A program made the translations under genes and the position numbers. Shown in pieces: positions 1-13,403 of a stretch of DNA of 64,000 bases; position 1 is the first letter of the stretch, and every line of letters begins with the position of its first letter. The notes under the pieces are model-generated. The model ran no database searches, was not told the origin of the DNA, and was given only the letters and a program-made list of their open reading frames with translations. The stretch covers positions 11,160,001-11,224,000 of the forward strand of contig OZ024760.1 in the NCBI GenBank assembly GCA_964016885.1, given 5' to 3'. The DNA is from Eledone cirrhosa. Its lineage: Eukaryota.

Positions 1-1250
1 AACACCACCACCTACAACACCTACAACACCACCACCACCTACAACACCACCACCACCACCTTTAACACCTACAACACCACCACCGCCTACAACAACAACA
101 CCACCACCTACAACACCACCTACAACACCACCACCACCACCTACAACAACAACACCACCACCACCAACACCTACACCTACAACACTAACACCAACAACAA
201 CTTCAATAACAACACCAACACCACCACCACCTACAACAACAACACCACCAACACCTACACCTACAACACCACCACCACCACCTACAACAACAACACCACC
301 ACCACCACCACCACCAACACCTACAACACCACCACCACCTACAACAACAACACCACCACCACCACCACCACCACCACCACCAACACCTACAACACCACCA
401 ACACCTACACCACCACCACCACCTACAACACCACCACCACCACCTACAACAACAACACTAACACCACCACCACCTATAACACTAACACCACCAACAACAA
501 CACCATTAATAACAACAACAATCAGAAAAATAACCACCACGACCACCACCAACAACAACACCATCACCACCACCACCACCTTCACCAACACTATCAACAA
601 CAACACCATCACCACCACCACCACCACCACCACCACCACCTTCACCAACACTATCAACAACAACACCACCACCACCACCACCACCTTCACCACCAACACC
701 ACCACCAACACTATCAACAACAACACCATCACCACCACCACCACCACCATCACCACCACCACCACCACCACCTTCACCAACACCGCCACCAACACTATCA
801 ACAACAACACTATCACCACCACCACCACCACCACCACCACCTTCACCACCAACACCACCACCAACACTATCAACAACAACAACACGATCACCACCACCAC
901 CAACACCATCACCACCACCACCACCTTCACCAACACCACCACCACCAACACTATCAACAATCAACAACAACAACACCATCACCACCACCACCATCACCAC
1001 CACCACCACCTTCACCACCAACACCACCACCAACACTATCAACAACAACAACAACACCATCACCACCACCACCAACACTATCAACAACAACAACACTATC
1101 ACCACCACCACCAACACCACCACCACCACCTTCACTAACACCACCACCAACACTATCAACAACAACAACACCACCACCACCACCACCACCACCACCACCA
1201 CCACCACTACCACCACCACCACCACCACCACCACCACCACCACCACCACC
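1..1250. repeat. Degenerate (ACC/AAC)n triplet low-complexity array
   Basis: Direct inspection; explains the poly-V/G ORF at 506-1270. Confidence 0.95.
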
Positions 1251-1544
1251 AGTAGCTCAACTGTAAACATGAACCGTTCTGAACATTCTCTCTCGGGCTT
1301 CTGAACTGATCTGACTAAACAGATCAGGCAGGGATTAGTGGCAGGATTAGAGCCTAATTAAGATTAATTTAATCTACCAATGAACCGAGGCTCAAAAATA
1401 TAAATCATTCAAACAGTATTACAATTAAAAACATTTATTTATTGATTAATTTATTTTATTTTATTTTATCTTTGATTTTTTTAAATTTGTTTTATTTCGG
1501 TATTTTTGTTTTCTTTCTTTTTCCTGCTCACTTAATTATTTATG

Positions 1545-3100
1545 GCGCTATTGCTGTTATTGTTGTTGTTGTTGCTGTTGTTGCTGTTGTTATTGCTGTT
1601 ATTGCTGTTATTGTTGTTGTTGCTGTTGTTATTGATGTTGTTGCTGTTATTGTTGTTGTTGCTGTTGTTATTGCTGTTGTTGCTGCTGCTGTTGTTACTG
1701 TTGCTGTTGTTGTTGATGTTGTTGCTGTTGTTACTGCTGCTGCTGTTGTTGATGTCGTCTTACTGTTGTTACTGTTGCTGCTGTTGTTGATGTTGTTGCT
1801 GTTGTTACTGTTGCTGCTGTTGTTACTGCTGCTGCTGTTGTTGATGTCGTCTTACTGTTGTTACTGTTGCTGCTGTTGTTGATGTTGTTGCTGTTGTTAC
1901 TGTTGCTGCTGTTGTTACTGTTGCTGCGGTTGTTGATGTCGTCTTACTGTTGTTACTGTTGCTGCTGTTGTTGATGTTGTTGCTGTTGTTGCTGTTGCTG
2001 CTGTTGTTACTGTTGCTGCGGTTGTTGATGTCGTCTTACTGTTGTTACTGTTGCTGCTGTTGTTGATGTTGTTGCTGTTGTTGCTGTTGCTGCTGTTGTT
2101 ACTGTTGCTGCGGTTGTTGATGTCGTCTTACTGTTGTTACTGTTGCTGCTGTTGTTGATGTTGTTGCTGTTGTTACTGTTGCTGCTGTTGTTACTGTTGC
2201 TGCGGTTGTTGATGTCGTCTTACTGTTGTTGCTGCTGTTGTTGATGTTGCTGCTGTTGTTACTGTTGCTGCTGTTGTTACTGTTGCTGCGGTTGTTGATG
2301 TCGTCTTACTGTTGTTACTGTTGCTGCTGTTGTTGATGTTGTTGCTGTTGTTACTGTTGCTGCTGTTGTTACTGTTGCTGCGGTTGTTGATGTCGTCTTA
2401 CTGTTGTTGCTGCTGTTGTTGATGTTGCTGCTGTTGTTACTGTTGCTGCTGTTGTTACTGTTGCTGCGGTTGTTGATGACGTCTTACTGTTGTTACTGTT
2501 GCTGCTGTTGTTGATGTTGTTGCTGTTGTTGCTGTTGCTGCTGTTGTTACTGTTGCTGCGGTTGTTGATGTCGTCTTACTGTTGTTACTGTTGCTGCTGT
2601 TGTTGATGTTGTTGCTGTTGTTACTGTTGCTGCTGTTGTTACTGTTGCTGCGGTTGTTGATGTCGTCTTACTGTTGTTGCTGCTGTTGTTGATGTTGCTG
2701 CTGTTGTTACTGTTGCTGCTGTTGTTACTGTTGCTGCGGTTGTTGATGTCGTCTTACTGTTGTTGCTGTTGTTACTGTTGCTGCAGCTGTTGTTGCTGTC
2801 CATTTACTGCTGCTGCTGTTGTTGTTGCTGCTGTTACTGTTGATGTGGTTTTACAGCTGTTGTTGTGACTGTTGTTGTGACTGTTGTTGTTACTGTTGTT
2901 GTTGTTTAATGAAGTTGTGTTACTGTTGTTTTTATTGTTAGTGTTGTTGTTACTGTTGTTATCGTTGTTCAGCTGCTGATGTTGGTTTTGTGGTTGTTAT
3001 TGTTGCTGTTGTTTTACTCTTATCCTTGTTGTTGTTGTTATTCCCTTTGCACTTGTTATCATTGCACCTCTTGCTGTTTTTGTTGTTGTTGTTGCTCTTA
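1545..3100. repeat. (GTT/GCT)n array with a roughly 70-bp higher-order unit
   Basis: Marker gcggttgttgatgtcgtcttact recurs about every 70 bp from about 1920 to 2760. Confidence 0.9.
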
Positions 3101-3133
3101 TTGATGGTGACTTAATGTCGTTGCCATTAAGGA

Positions 3134-3178
<45 letters not shown>

Positions 3179-3279
3179 AACAGAGCTGTCATCACCATCA
3201 TCATCACCATCATTATCATCGTCGACATAAAATGTCATGCCACCATCGCCAAGAGTAACATAATATCAAAAAAATAACA

Positions 3280-4605
3280 ACAATAACAACCAAATCAACA
3301 GCCACCAACACCACAACAACAACAACAACAATTGCCACAACCGTAACAACCATAACAACAGCAACACACCATCACCGCCACCGCCACCACCACCGCCACC
3401 ACCACCGCCACCACCACCACCTCAACAAATACGACAACCACAACAATAACAACCACCACCACCGACACTACCACCACCACCAGAACAACAACCACAACAG
3501 CAACACACCATCACCGCCGCCACCACCACCACCACCTCAACAAATACAACAACCACAACACAACACACCACCACCACCACCAACACTACCTCCACAAAAA
3601 CCACCACCACCACCAACAACCACAACAGCAACACACCATCACCGCCACCACCACCACCTCAACAAATACAACGACCACAACAATAACAACCACCACCACC
3701 ACCATCACCGCCACCACCTCAACAAATACAACAACCACAACAATAACAACCACCACCACCACCACCACCGACACTACCTCCACCATCACCACCAGAACAA
3801 CAACCACAACAGCAACACACCATCAACGCCGCCACCACCAAAACCACCACCACCGACACTACCACCACCACCACCACCGACACTACCTCCACGACCACCA
3901 CCACCACCACCACCATCACCAACAACAACAACCACCACAGCAGCAATAAATAACAATGACACCACCCGAATTAGCAACACGATATGCTATTAAATTAAGT
4001 TTTAAATTTTAAATTATGTCTTAGAATAAATCTTTAAATTGAATGGAAAAATAGATTTTAATTTTTTTAAAGATTTTTTTTTTGGCATGAAAGGTTGGAT
4101 AGCTGTAATGGCGGCTACCTTGTCATGTGACTCGACACCACGCCATTCAAGATAGCTGTAATGGCGGCTACCTTGTCATGTGACTCGACACCACGCCAGT
4201 CAAGTTAACGAAATGACTCTCTTTAAAAAGATCATATTAGCACTATTACTGTTCAAAATCACCATCGTCTTCCTCCCCTCCACCACCACCACTAATAACA
4301 ACAACAGCGGTTGCAACAGCAGCGGCAGCCATCACCACGACCACTCTCACCACTATCACCACCACCACCACCACCACCACTACGATGACCTCACCACCTC
4401 CGTCACCAGCAGCCATCACCACCGCCGCCACCACCACCACCACTACGACCACCCTCACCACCTCCGTCACCAGCAGCCATCACCACCACCACTACGACCA
4501 CCCTCACCACCTCCGTCACCAGCAACCAACACCACCACCACCACCACCACTACGACCACCCTCACCACCTCCGTCACCAGCAGCCATCACCTCCACCACC
4601 ACCCT
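3280..4605. repeat. (ACC/AAC)n degenerate arrays with a short unique spacer
   Basis: Direct inspection; also a roughly 53-bp direct duplication (gatagctgtaatggcggc...) at about 4098-4197. Confidence 0.9.
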
Positions 4606-4769
4606 CAAGGAATGAGGTAAGAAGATCATTCCCAGGAGGAGAAGAAAGTTTGCTATAAAGTGTTTGAAATATAAGGTCTTTATGGCGGAGTGGTTCAAAT
4701 CACAGGAATCGGTAAGATCGCCCCCAAGAAGAGAGCAAAATTAACTTCACAGAGTTTAAGAGAAGGTGT

Positions 4770-5303
4770 TTGTGTTGGAGTGGTGTAAACCTGAGGAATG
4801 GTAAAGCAAGATCACCCGCTGTAAAGAGACCAAAGTTTGCTACAGAGAGCTGAATGGAGGAGGTGTTAGTGTTGGAGTGGCGTAGACCTGAGGAATGGTA
4901 AAACAAGATCACCCGTTGCAAAGAGACCAAAGTTTGCTACAGAGAGCTGAATGGAGGAGGTGTTAGTGTTGGAGTGGTGTAAACCTGAGGAATGGTAAAA
5001 CAAGATCACCCGCTGTAAAGAGACCAAAGTTTGCTACAGAGAGCTGAATGGAGGAGGTGTTAGTGTTGGAGTGGCGTAGACCTGAGGAATGGTAAAACAA
5101 GATCACCCGTTGTAAAGAGACCAAAGTTTGCTACAGAGAGCTGAATGGAGGAGGTGTTAGTGTTGGAGTGGCGTAGACCTGAGGAATGGTAAAACAAGAT
5201 CACCCGTTGTAAAGAGACCAAAGTTTGCTACAGAGAGCTGAATGGAGGAGGTGTTAGTGTTGGAGTGGCGTAGACCTGAGGAATGGTAAAACAAGATCAC
5301 CCC
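4770..5303. repeat. 97-bp tandem repeat, about 5.5 near-identical copies plus diverged flanking copies
   Basis: tgttggagtgg starts at 4773, 4870, 4967, 5064, 5161 and 5258. Confidence 0.95.
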
Positions 5304-5404
5304 CAGGAGGGGAGCAACATATTACTACACAGAGTTGAACAAAGAAGGTGTTTGTGGCCGAGTGGTGTAAACCACAACAGTGTGGCAACAGTCACTCTCA
5401 AACC

Positions 5405-5845
5405 CTAATGAGTTCAAATTTGTCTTTCATCCTTAAGGAATCGATAAAATACAGTACCAGTAACGCACTCGGGTCGATTTAATCGATTTTCGCCTCCTCC
5501 CAAACAATTGTTGGCTTCGTGCCTAAGTAAGAATCCATTATTAGCCTCTCTCAAACCCCACTGAGGTTAGCCTTGCCTTTCATCCTGACGAGATCAATAA
5601 AATAATGTACCAGTAAGCCACTAAGATCGATTTAATTGACTTTCCCCTCTCTCAGAATTGTTCACCTTCTCCCTAAATCGGAAACCATCATCAACATTAT
5701 TATTGAGTTCAAATCCCACCAAGATTGAATTGTCTTTCATCCTTAAGGAGTCGATAAAATAAAGTACCAGTAATGCACCTGGGTCGATTTAATAGACTAC
5801 CTCCCTAAAATAATTGTTGGCCATGTACCTAAATCAGAAATCAGT
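5405..5845 (+). mobile_element. Three tandem diverged SINE 3' fragments (Nin/Deu-like family)
   Basis: ctttcatcc...gataaaata..gtaccagtaa core occurs three times. Confidence 0.8.
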
Positions 5846-6219
5846 ATCGATAGATCACGTTTCAACCTCAATTTCCTCATAATTTACATAATTTTCTTCG
5901 TTTGGATTTCATTGGGTTCTGTTATAATTAGAAATATGTTATTTATAATCGAAGATATTTACAAGATTTTCTATGGCGTATATCATTCTTTTTTTTCTGC
6001 AGTTAATTTAAATTAAATTAAAATATTAATTAGAATATTAATACTTAGATATCCTTTAAGAAAAAAATATATGATTTAACTGCTTCCATTACATTTATAG
6101 TTTTTACAATTAATTAATTTGAATTTTAATTAAATTAAATATGTTTGGATGTTCTTTTAGAAAATAACGAATTTTAACATGAATAACGCCGGGTTTTACT
6201 AGGTTGTAGCAAAAATTAA

Positions 6220-6960
6220 TACGATATTTGGCATAAAAGTTCATAAGCTGACCAAGATATTCTCATGGAATGACCAAATGAGGTTTATTTTTCAATATAG
6301 ACCCTGGAAGGAAACAATGTATTTATTAATAAGAGTTGAAATTAATGCATTCAAGATTTCATAGCTCTAGCATCACTTCTTCATAGGTTGAACAAGACAT
6401 TGTCATAGAATGACCAAATGAGGTTTATTTTTCAACTTAGCGCCTGGAAGGAAACAATGTATTTATTAATAAGAGTTGAAATTAATGCATTCAAGATTTC
6501 ATAGCTCTAGCATCACTTCTTCATAGGTTGAACAAGACATTGTCATAGAATGACCAAATGAGGTTTATTTTTCAACTTAGCGCCTGGAAGGAAACAATGT
6601 ATTTATTAATAAGAGTTGAAATTAATGCATTCAAGATTTCATAGCTCTAGCATCACTTCTTCATAGGTTGAACAAGACATTGTCATAGAATGACCAAATG
6701 AGGTTTATTTTTCAACTTAGCGCCTGGAAGGAAACAATGTATTTATTAATAAGAGTTGAAATTAATGCATTCAAGATTTCATAGCTCTAGCATCACTTCT
6801 TCATAGGTTGAACAAGACATTGTCATAGAATGACCAAATGAGGTTTATTTTTCAACTTAGCCCCTGGAAGGAAACAATGAATTTATTAATAAGAGTTGAA
6901 ATTAATGCATTCAAGATTTCAAAGCTCTAGCATCATTCCTTCATTGGTTGACCAAGACAT
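6220..6960. repeat. 140-bp tandem repeat (about 5 copies), starting in a mariner-like terminal sequence
   Basis: gaatgaccaaatg at 6268, 6408, 6548, 6688 and 6828; the mariner link is recalled similarity only. Confidence 0.85.
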
Positions 6961-7147
6961 TAAAGCACGAAAGGGTATTGTTTAAACTTGGCGGAACCTA
7001 TGTACTCACCAGGTTTGAATACTGCAGATTTCTTCCAGAGAAGGATAGAGAGAGTGGAAGAATTGACGTGGGAAAGAGATATAGAGGAAGAGTCAGCCCC
7101 AGTACTTGACTGCCGCTTATATATATATATATATATATATATACATA

Positions 7148-7200
7148 GGGCTTCCTGATGATTTCTCACGAATGAAACAGTTCTAGTCCTGTAGAAGCTC
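7148..7200 (+). ncRNA. Type I hammerhead ribozyme, family A, solo copy in (TA)n
   Basis: gggcttc-CTGATGA-tttctcacgaat-GAAAcag-ttctagtc-ctGTA-gaagctc; 7-bp stem I, stem III acag/ctgt, predicted cut after 7193. Confidence 0.85.
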
Positions 7201-7227
7201 TTCTATATATATATATATATATATATA

Positions 7228-7390
7228 CTAGCAGATGTACCCGGCGTTGCTCGGGAAATGAATGACAGCCTGAATTGTTCAAGGTCGTTTATGGCTTATG
7301 TCAGCTAATTGGCTAGCCAATGAGGGGTCACCTCAATAGCACGTGCCAAATCGGCCTAGTACTTCAAAAGTTAAAAGGAGCCTAGTATTT

Positions 7391-7456
<66 letters not shown>

Positions 7457-7478
7457 CGACTTGCTTATATATATTATA
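7228..7478 (-). mobile_element. Non-autonomous Helitron-like element with internal (CA)n
   Basis: Minus strand ends with a GC hairpin (cccg-agcaacgc-cggg) then tacatctgCTAG|T, the canonical Helitron 3' signature. Confidence 0.7.
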
Positions 7479-7494
7479 TATATATATATATAGT

Positions 7495-7625
7495 ATGAAG
7501 ACTAAAATCCAAAGAAGGCTCGATAGGGATAAATATATATCGAATATATAAGAACCCTAGAGCAAATATTTATTAAAATAACAGATTAAAGTTTAAGCAA
7601 AGAATCTGTTATTTTAATAAATAAA
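7495..7625 (-). mobile_element. Short fold-back element, family G (collapsed hairpin copy)
   Basis: Matches 40150-40372; arms atttattaaaataacagatt/aatctgttattttaataaat. Confidence 0.75.
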
Positions 7626-8805
7626 TGGCAGTGTGAGATTTCTCATTGTGAGACTGCTGGAATTTCAAATTTGGCGGTCATTCTAGCACGGAGGGGTACC
7701 ATCGCTGAATGTTAATATCGGTAAGGTTTTTTTTATATCAATATTTGTCGGGCATCCACTGATGATTTATAAGTGCCCACCTACATATATTCCTACGGAC
7801 TATGTGTAGGCTTCTACATAACCTGGACATTATTTTCCCAATTTGTAGAAAACTTATAATGAAACGATCGTTTGGAAAGAGAGATGTATTTTAATTATGT
7901 CTCATATAAAATAATACAACTGGCCATCCGCAAAATACGTATAGTTAGCACCCCAAACGTATAATTGGGATTATACTAAGGTATATCCTAACGTTTGTTG
8001 AGTGAGACGGAAGTCGGTCGGAGTATTGCTTAAAGCTTGCTCTGTTAATGTATTAAATATATATATATGGAGAGAGAGGGGTGAGAGAGGGGGGGGGGGT
8101 GAGAAAAACATATAGATGAAGAATCGACCCTAGTGCTCGACTGGTACTTTTTTTATAGACCTTGAATGGATTTGAAATGCAAAGTTGACCTCGGTTTGAG
8201 TTAAAATCAGACAGACCACATAGCCTGAACGAATAATGTAAATCCCTCTATCCTACATTTTAACGCCTCTGCACCAATTTACTGTCTTACCTGGGTAATT
8301 AGACAGGAATTTTACTTCTTTGAAGAAATGTCACCTGAAGACAGCACGAATCTTTACGACATTACAAAAAAAAATAATTAACATTTAAAAATAAATTTAC
8401 AAAAACAACAAAATATATCTTCTTAGGAGGGGATTAGACGAAAGATTTTATCAAGGTGATTATGCGAGAATTTTACTTCTTTGAAGAAAACTCACCTGAA
8501 GATAACACGAAGTATAAATAAGGAAATATCACCTGAAAATATCAATGAAAACTGTTGTAGTTTTCTTGATTTAAAATATCAAATTTATAATAACTGAAGC
8601 TGTTTCAGGAAGAGATTAGTAAGAAAATTAAGTTAAAACGAATCAACAACATTTTTGTTTTGGCAATTGGCATAAAATGAAATAATAGTTAATTCTGTTG
8701 AAATGATACGACTAATATCGGTTTCTGTCTAATAAAGTCACTATATCTTTCTCCTCATATTCTCTCACTTTCTCTCCCTGTCCATCACTATCTATCTATC
8801 TATCA

Positions 8806-8892
<87 letters not shown>

Positions 8893-8914
8893 AATGTGTG
8901 GTTGTGTGTGTGTA

Positions 8915-9135
8915 AAGGGTAAACAGAAATAACAACACAATCGGTATAGTATATGGAAGGAATATATTAGGTTAACGCTTGAAATAGCAGGAAGAGGGCC
9001 TTAACGTTTCGGAAACTAGTCCTTCATCAGAAGAAAGAATGAGAAATAAGATAGATTGAAGGGACGGGTGGGGTGTTATTTGAAAAAATGTCTTTAGATA
9101 AAAAATAACAGGTCTATTCATGTTGCCATCTCAGA
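8915..9135 (-). mobile_element. PLE pseudo-LTR-like fragment carrying an HHR
   Basis: Near-identical to 31605-31825; tail also at 27895-27930 and a diverged copy at 32695-32830. Confidence 0.75.
8999..9034 (-). ncRNA. Minimal hammerhead with loopless palindromic stem III (ACGU)
   Basis: Minus strand: tctt-CTGATGA-aggactagtttcc-GAAAC-GTT-aagg. Confidence 0.75.
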
Positions 9136-9144
9136 AAGTCCCGA

Positions 9145-9330
9145 ATTCAATCGGGGGGACCACAGTAAATAAGCTACTTAATACATTAATAGAGTGTAAA
9201 CATCAAATTTAATATAGAAATTTCTTCTACAAGTCTAGAACAGTTTCATTCGAAGGAAATCCTCATTTCCTAATGATTTCCTTTCCCTCGAATGAAACAG
9301 TTCTAGTCCAGTAGTAGCCATTTCTATATT
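9145..9330 (-). mobile_element. Degenerate family A fold-back element
   Basis: Inverted arms at about 9211-9330 with mutated core (ctaatga); tail resembles 31020-31078. Confidence 0.7.
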
Positions 9331-9333
9331 GAT

Positions 9334-9377
<44 letters not shown>

Positions 9378-9978
9378 TAAAATGAAGAATTAGAAATAGA
9401 AGCCAGGATTATCCATCATCAGTGGTCTACAAGCCATCTTCCCTCGCTTACTTTTCGCACGGTTAAGATGTGTCTTTCGTCTTCTCGTCAATATTCGCAA
9501 GTTCTTATGTTCAAATGAATCATTGACTTACGTTGAGACAGACTTAGGACTTTTTTAGGTATGCATACATACGCATACATACGCACACGTAAATACATGC
9601 TTTAACTATTAACAATTTCAAAATAAAATCAAATCAAAACCACAATATTATCAACTTACAAACACTTTAAGAAACCAGAAAAGTAATCCTGAAACAACAA
9701 TACTGAAATCTGTTTAAGATTTAAATGCTAACAACAGACTGTTTATTATAAATTGGGAAATACGGCAATACGGACAAACCAACTTTAGACTTTACCCCCC
9801 CCCCCTAATGCCATGACAGCTTTACAGATAGGAATAATATGATTTGCATTATTTGTTCCGGTTCTCTGCTTTCTGAGTTCAAATCCCACCGAGGTCAACT
9901 TTGCCTTTTATTCATTCGATGGTCAATTAAAAGTACCAGTCTCATACTTGGGGTTGATTCTTCCTCTACACTTCTTTC

Positions 9979-10032
<54 letters not shown>

Positions 10033-10308
10033 CCCCCCCTCTCTCTCTCTCTCCACTCTCTTCCCCTATCTCTCTCTCTCCCGGCAATATCTTTTCCAAC
10101 TTTCAACTACTTGGTCGATACTCCGAATTAATCACATTTTCAAACAGGTATTAATTCATTGAATACATATATACAGCTCCATATAAATATATATATATAC
10201 AGCCACATATACACACACACACACAGATATATATATATATGAAGTCATATATATATATATACACACACAGATATATATATATGAAGTCATATATATATAT
10301 ATGAAGTC

Positions 10309-10400
<92 letters not shown>

Positions 10401-10955
10401 ACAGACTTCTCTTGTATATTTAATAAATTCTTCCTAACCTTTTCATGCCATTCGATATTTATTTCAATTAACAGAGAACACTTTCAATATAAACTCTATT
10501 GTTGTAAACAACAAAAGATTTCCGCTAACAACCATTTCCTTCTCAATCATTAAAGCTACCTACGATAGAGGAAATATATCGATACAATATTTCCTATCAA
10601 ACTCAGGACGTCGATTATATAGTAGAAATCAACAATTTAGTCCATTCATTAAATTCTGCAAACCTAGACGTCCCAACGACGTTGTGTCCCCCCACCCCAC
10701 ACAGACTTTATAGAAATCCTTCAATTAATCCATCTCCACAAACACGAAGAGTTCCGTGGTGGTTTTCACCCCCCCCCCCCCTCAGCGTGTCTCCCTCACC
10801 ATCCTCCGGGCAAATGCCTTCTCTATCCTGTCTGCCGGGACAACGGGGAGGCCAGCGCGTGGGCCCTCATTTGCTCATAATAGAGAGCGAGATGGGGAGA
10901 GTCAATGAGACGGAGGCAGTGACAGTGGGAGTTTGGCGCCTTTGTGTCCGGAACT

Positions 10956-10993
<38 letters not shown>

Positions 10994-10998
<5 letters not shown>

Positions 10999-11182
10999 AA
11001 GTATGACCCCGACGGCAGAGCTCAAGCCGTTTCGACGGCTATTTCAATCCAGAAATAGCCGTCGAAACGGCTTGAGCTCTGCCGTCGGGGTCATACTTTT
11101 TCCTATTTACCACTCTACTACCCTAAGTAATGAGTACTCTGGTGCGTTATGGTCCATCTGGTTCCTTACCACAATTCCTTTG

Positions 11183-11185
<3 letters not shown>
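10994..11185 (+). mobile_element. Family B fold-back element (about 110-bp perfect hairpin plus tail) in (TA)n
   Basis: Perfect inverted repeat 10995-11102; other copies at 24375-24450, 55530-55620 and 58540-58733. Confidence 0.85.
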
Positions 11186-11220
<35 letters not shown>

Positions 11221-11436
11221 CTATTTCGTTTCTGAATTTGTTTAGCAAGATTCTTTATCTGAAAACGTGTGTTGAAACCGATATTGTTATACTTTGGGAG
11301 GGTCATGTTGCCAATAAGAAACACACGCACCAGTCGCTTTCACTTCAATTTATTATAATAAATTTATAATAAATTTATAAATTTATAAATTTCCGGTTGG
11401 TTGGTTGGTTCCACAACCAGATAGTTGTTTATATAT

Positions 11437-11481
11437 AGTCATAGTTCTTTCGTCACACACTCTGTGACCTCTTCAGTGACT
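11437..11481 (-). ncRNA. Minimal hammerhead, family H
   Basis: Minus strand: agtca-CTGAAGA-ggtcacagagtgtgtgac-GAAAgaaCTA-tgact; degenerate paralogue at 31345-31385. Confidence 0.7.
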
Positions 11482-11551
11482 GGAGATTCCTTTCTTTGTT
11501 TCTGTGTCTCTCCTTTGTTCTGTCCTACGCCATTTTGTTTCTGTGTGTGCC

Positions 11552-11586
<35 letters not shown>

Positions 11587-11777
11587 CTAGCTCATTGTTG
11601 CGTCGATAAAATGAAGTACCAGTAATGCACTGGGTTCTATTTAATCGGCTTTCCCCTCCCCCCAAATTGCTGACATTCTGCCGATAGTAGAGAACATTGT
11701 TAATATTTATTAAACATTTTTGACACATACCACACCCCCACCGCACCTCACCCTATTTCACTTCCTCCTCCTCCCCA

Positions 11778-11903
11778 TATATATACATATATATATGCAT
11801 ATATATATATGCATATATATATATGTATATATATATATATGTGTGTATATATATGTATATATATATATGTGTGTATATATGTATATATATATATATATGT
11901 GTA

Positions 11904-11950
<47 letters not shown>

Positions 11951-12061
11951 ATATATATGTGTATATATGTATATATATATGTGTATATATGTATATATAT
12001 ATGTGTATATATGTATATATATGTATATATATATATATATATATATGTGTGTATATATGTA

Positions 12062-12098
<37 letters not shown>

Positions 12099-12225
12099 GT
12101 ATATGTTTATATATGTATATGTTTATATATGTATATCTGTATATATGTATATATATATATATGTATATGTTTATATCTGTATATATGTATATATATATAT
12201 ACATATCTGTGTGTATATATATGTA

Positions 12226-12277
<52 letters not shown>

Positions 12278-12355
12278 CATATCTGTATGTTTATATGTGT
12301 ATATATATGTATATATGTATATATATATATATATATATACACATATCTGTATGTT

Positions 12356-12394
<39 letters not shown>

Positions 12395-12439
12395 CTGTAT
12401 GTTTATATGTGTGTATATATATATATATGTATATGTTTA

Positions 12440-12494
<55 letters not shown>

Positions 12495-12627
12495 CTGTAT
12501 GTTTATCTGTATATATATATATATGTATATGTTTATATATGTATATATATGTATGTATATGTATATATATGTATGTATATGTTTATATATGTATGTATTT
12601 ATGTATATATATATATATATATGTATG

Positions 12628-12660
<33 letters not shown>

Positions 12661-12675
12661 ATATATATATATATC
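11778..12675. repeat. (TA)n/(TATG)n compound microsatellite
   Basis: Direct inspection. Confidence 0.95.
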
Positions 12676-12699
12676 ATCATCATTATTTATTAATTACAT

Positions 12700-12890
12700 A
12701 GGTGGATTGGCAGTATCGGTAGAGGGTCAGACACCATACTTTGACGCATAGAATTATGGCCCTTGCCAATCTGAGTTCAAATCCCGCCGAGGTTAACTTT
12801 GCCTTTCATCCGTACACGGGGGTCGATAAAATAAAGTACCAGTAATACACTGGATAATTGCTGGTCTTGTGCCAAAAGTAGAAATAATTA
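12700..12890 (+). mobile_element. tRNA-derived SINE, Nin/Deu-domain-like, full length
   Basis: A box tggcagtatcgg, B box gagttcaaatcc, core ctttgcctttcatcc..ggggtcgataaaataaagtaccag, (att)n tail. Confidence 0.9.
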
Positions 12891-13403
12891 TTTATTAATT
12901 ACTTAGACGAAAATATTCTAGATTATACAAAAAAGTGTAGCGACTTATTTAAAATAAATTAACCTCTTGAAATTCTTTACACACACCCGACCTTACCTCA
13001 CCCTATTCCTCTTCCTCGCCCACCTCCTTTTCTTCCTCACCCTCCTCCTTTCCTTTCCCTCTCCTCTCCTCATCCTTTCCCTCTCCTCTTCTTCAATGAT
13101 TCCTTTATTATATCAATGCACTGCATTGTTTCAAGATTATAATTGATATTCAAATTCTCCATTTTTAACTTATTCAACATCACGCGACACCTTTTACATA
13201 AATGAAGGGTTTTCTATTTATCTCATTGTATCCTCAAGTCAGTCCAACATTTATTTTTAGTTGTCATTTCGCCTTCCTCTGTTATATTTCAACCAACATC
13301 TAATACATTGCATTCAATTCATTATATTCTAAATTATATTATTATATAGCCATATGTTAACTTTCACACAATAATTTGTTATATATATATATATATATAT
13401 GTG

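Noticed and set aside
4770-5303. Possible hammerhead satellite (CTGAGGA in each 97-bp unit) or C2H2 array
   Set aside because: No GAAA box or stems; the unit is not 84 bp and not a multiple of 3
7630-7726. Candidate coding exon ending at gtaagg
   Set aside because: Stops in all three plus-strand frames
11720-12751. Long YI/HT/CV-repeat ORFs throughout the window
   Set aside because: Dinucleotide microsatellites lack stop codons
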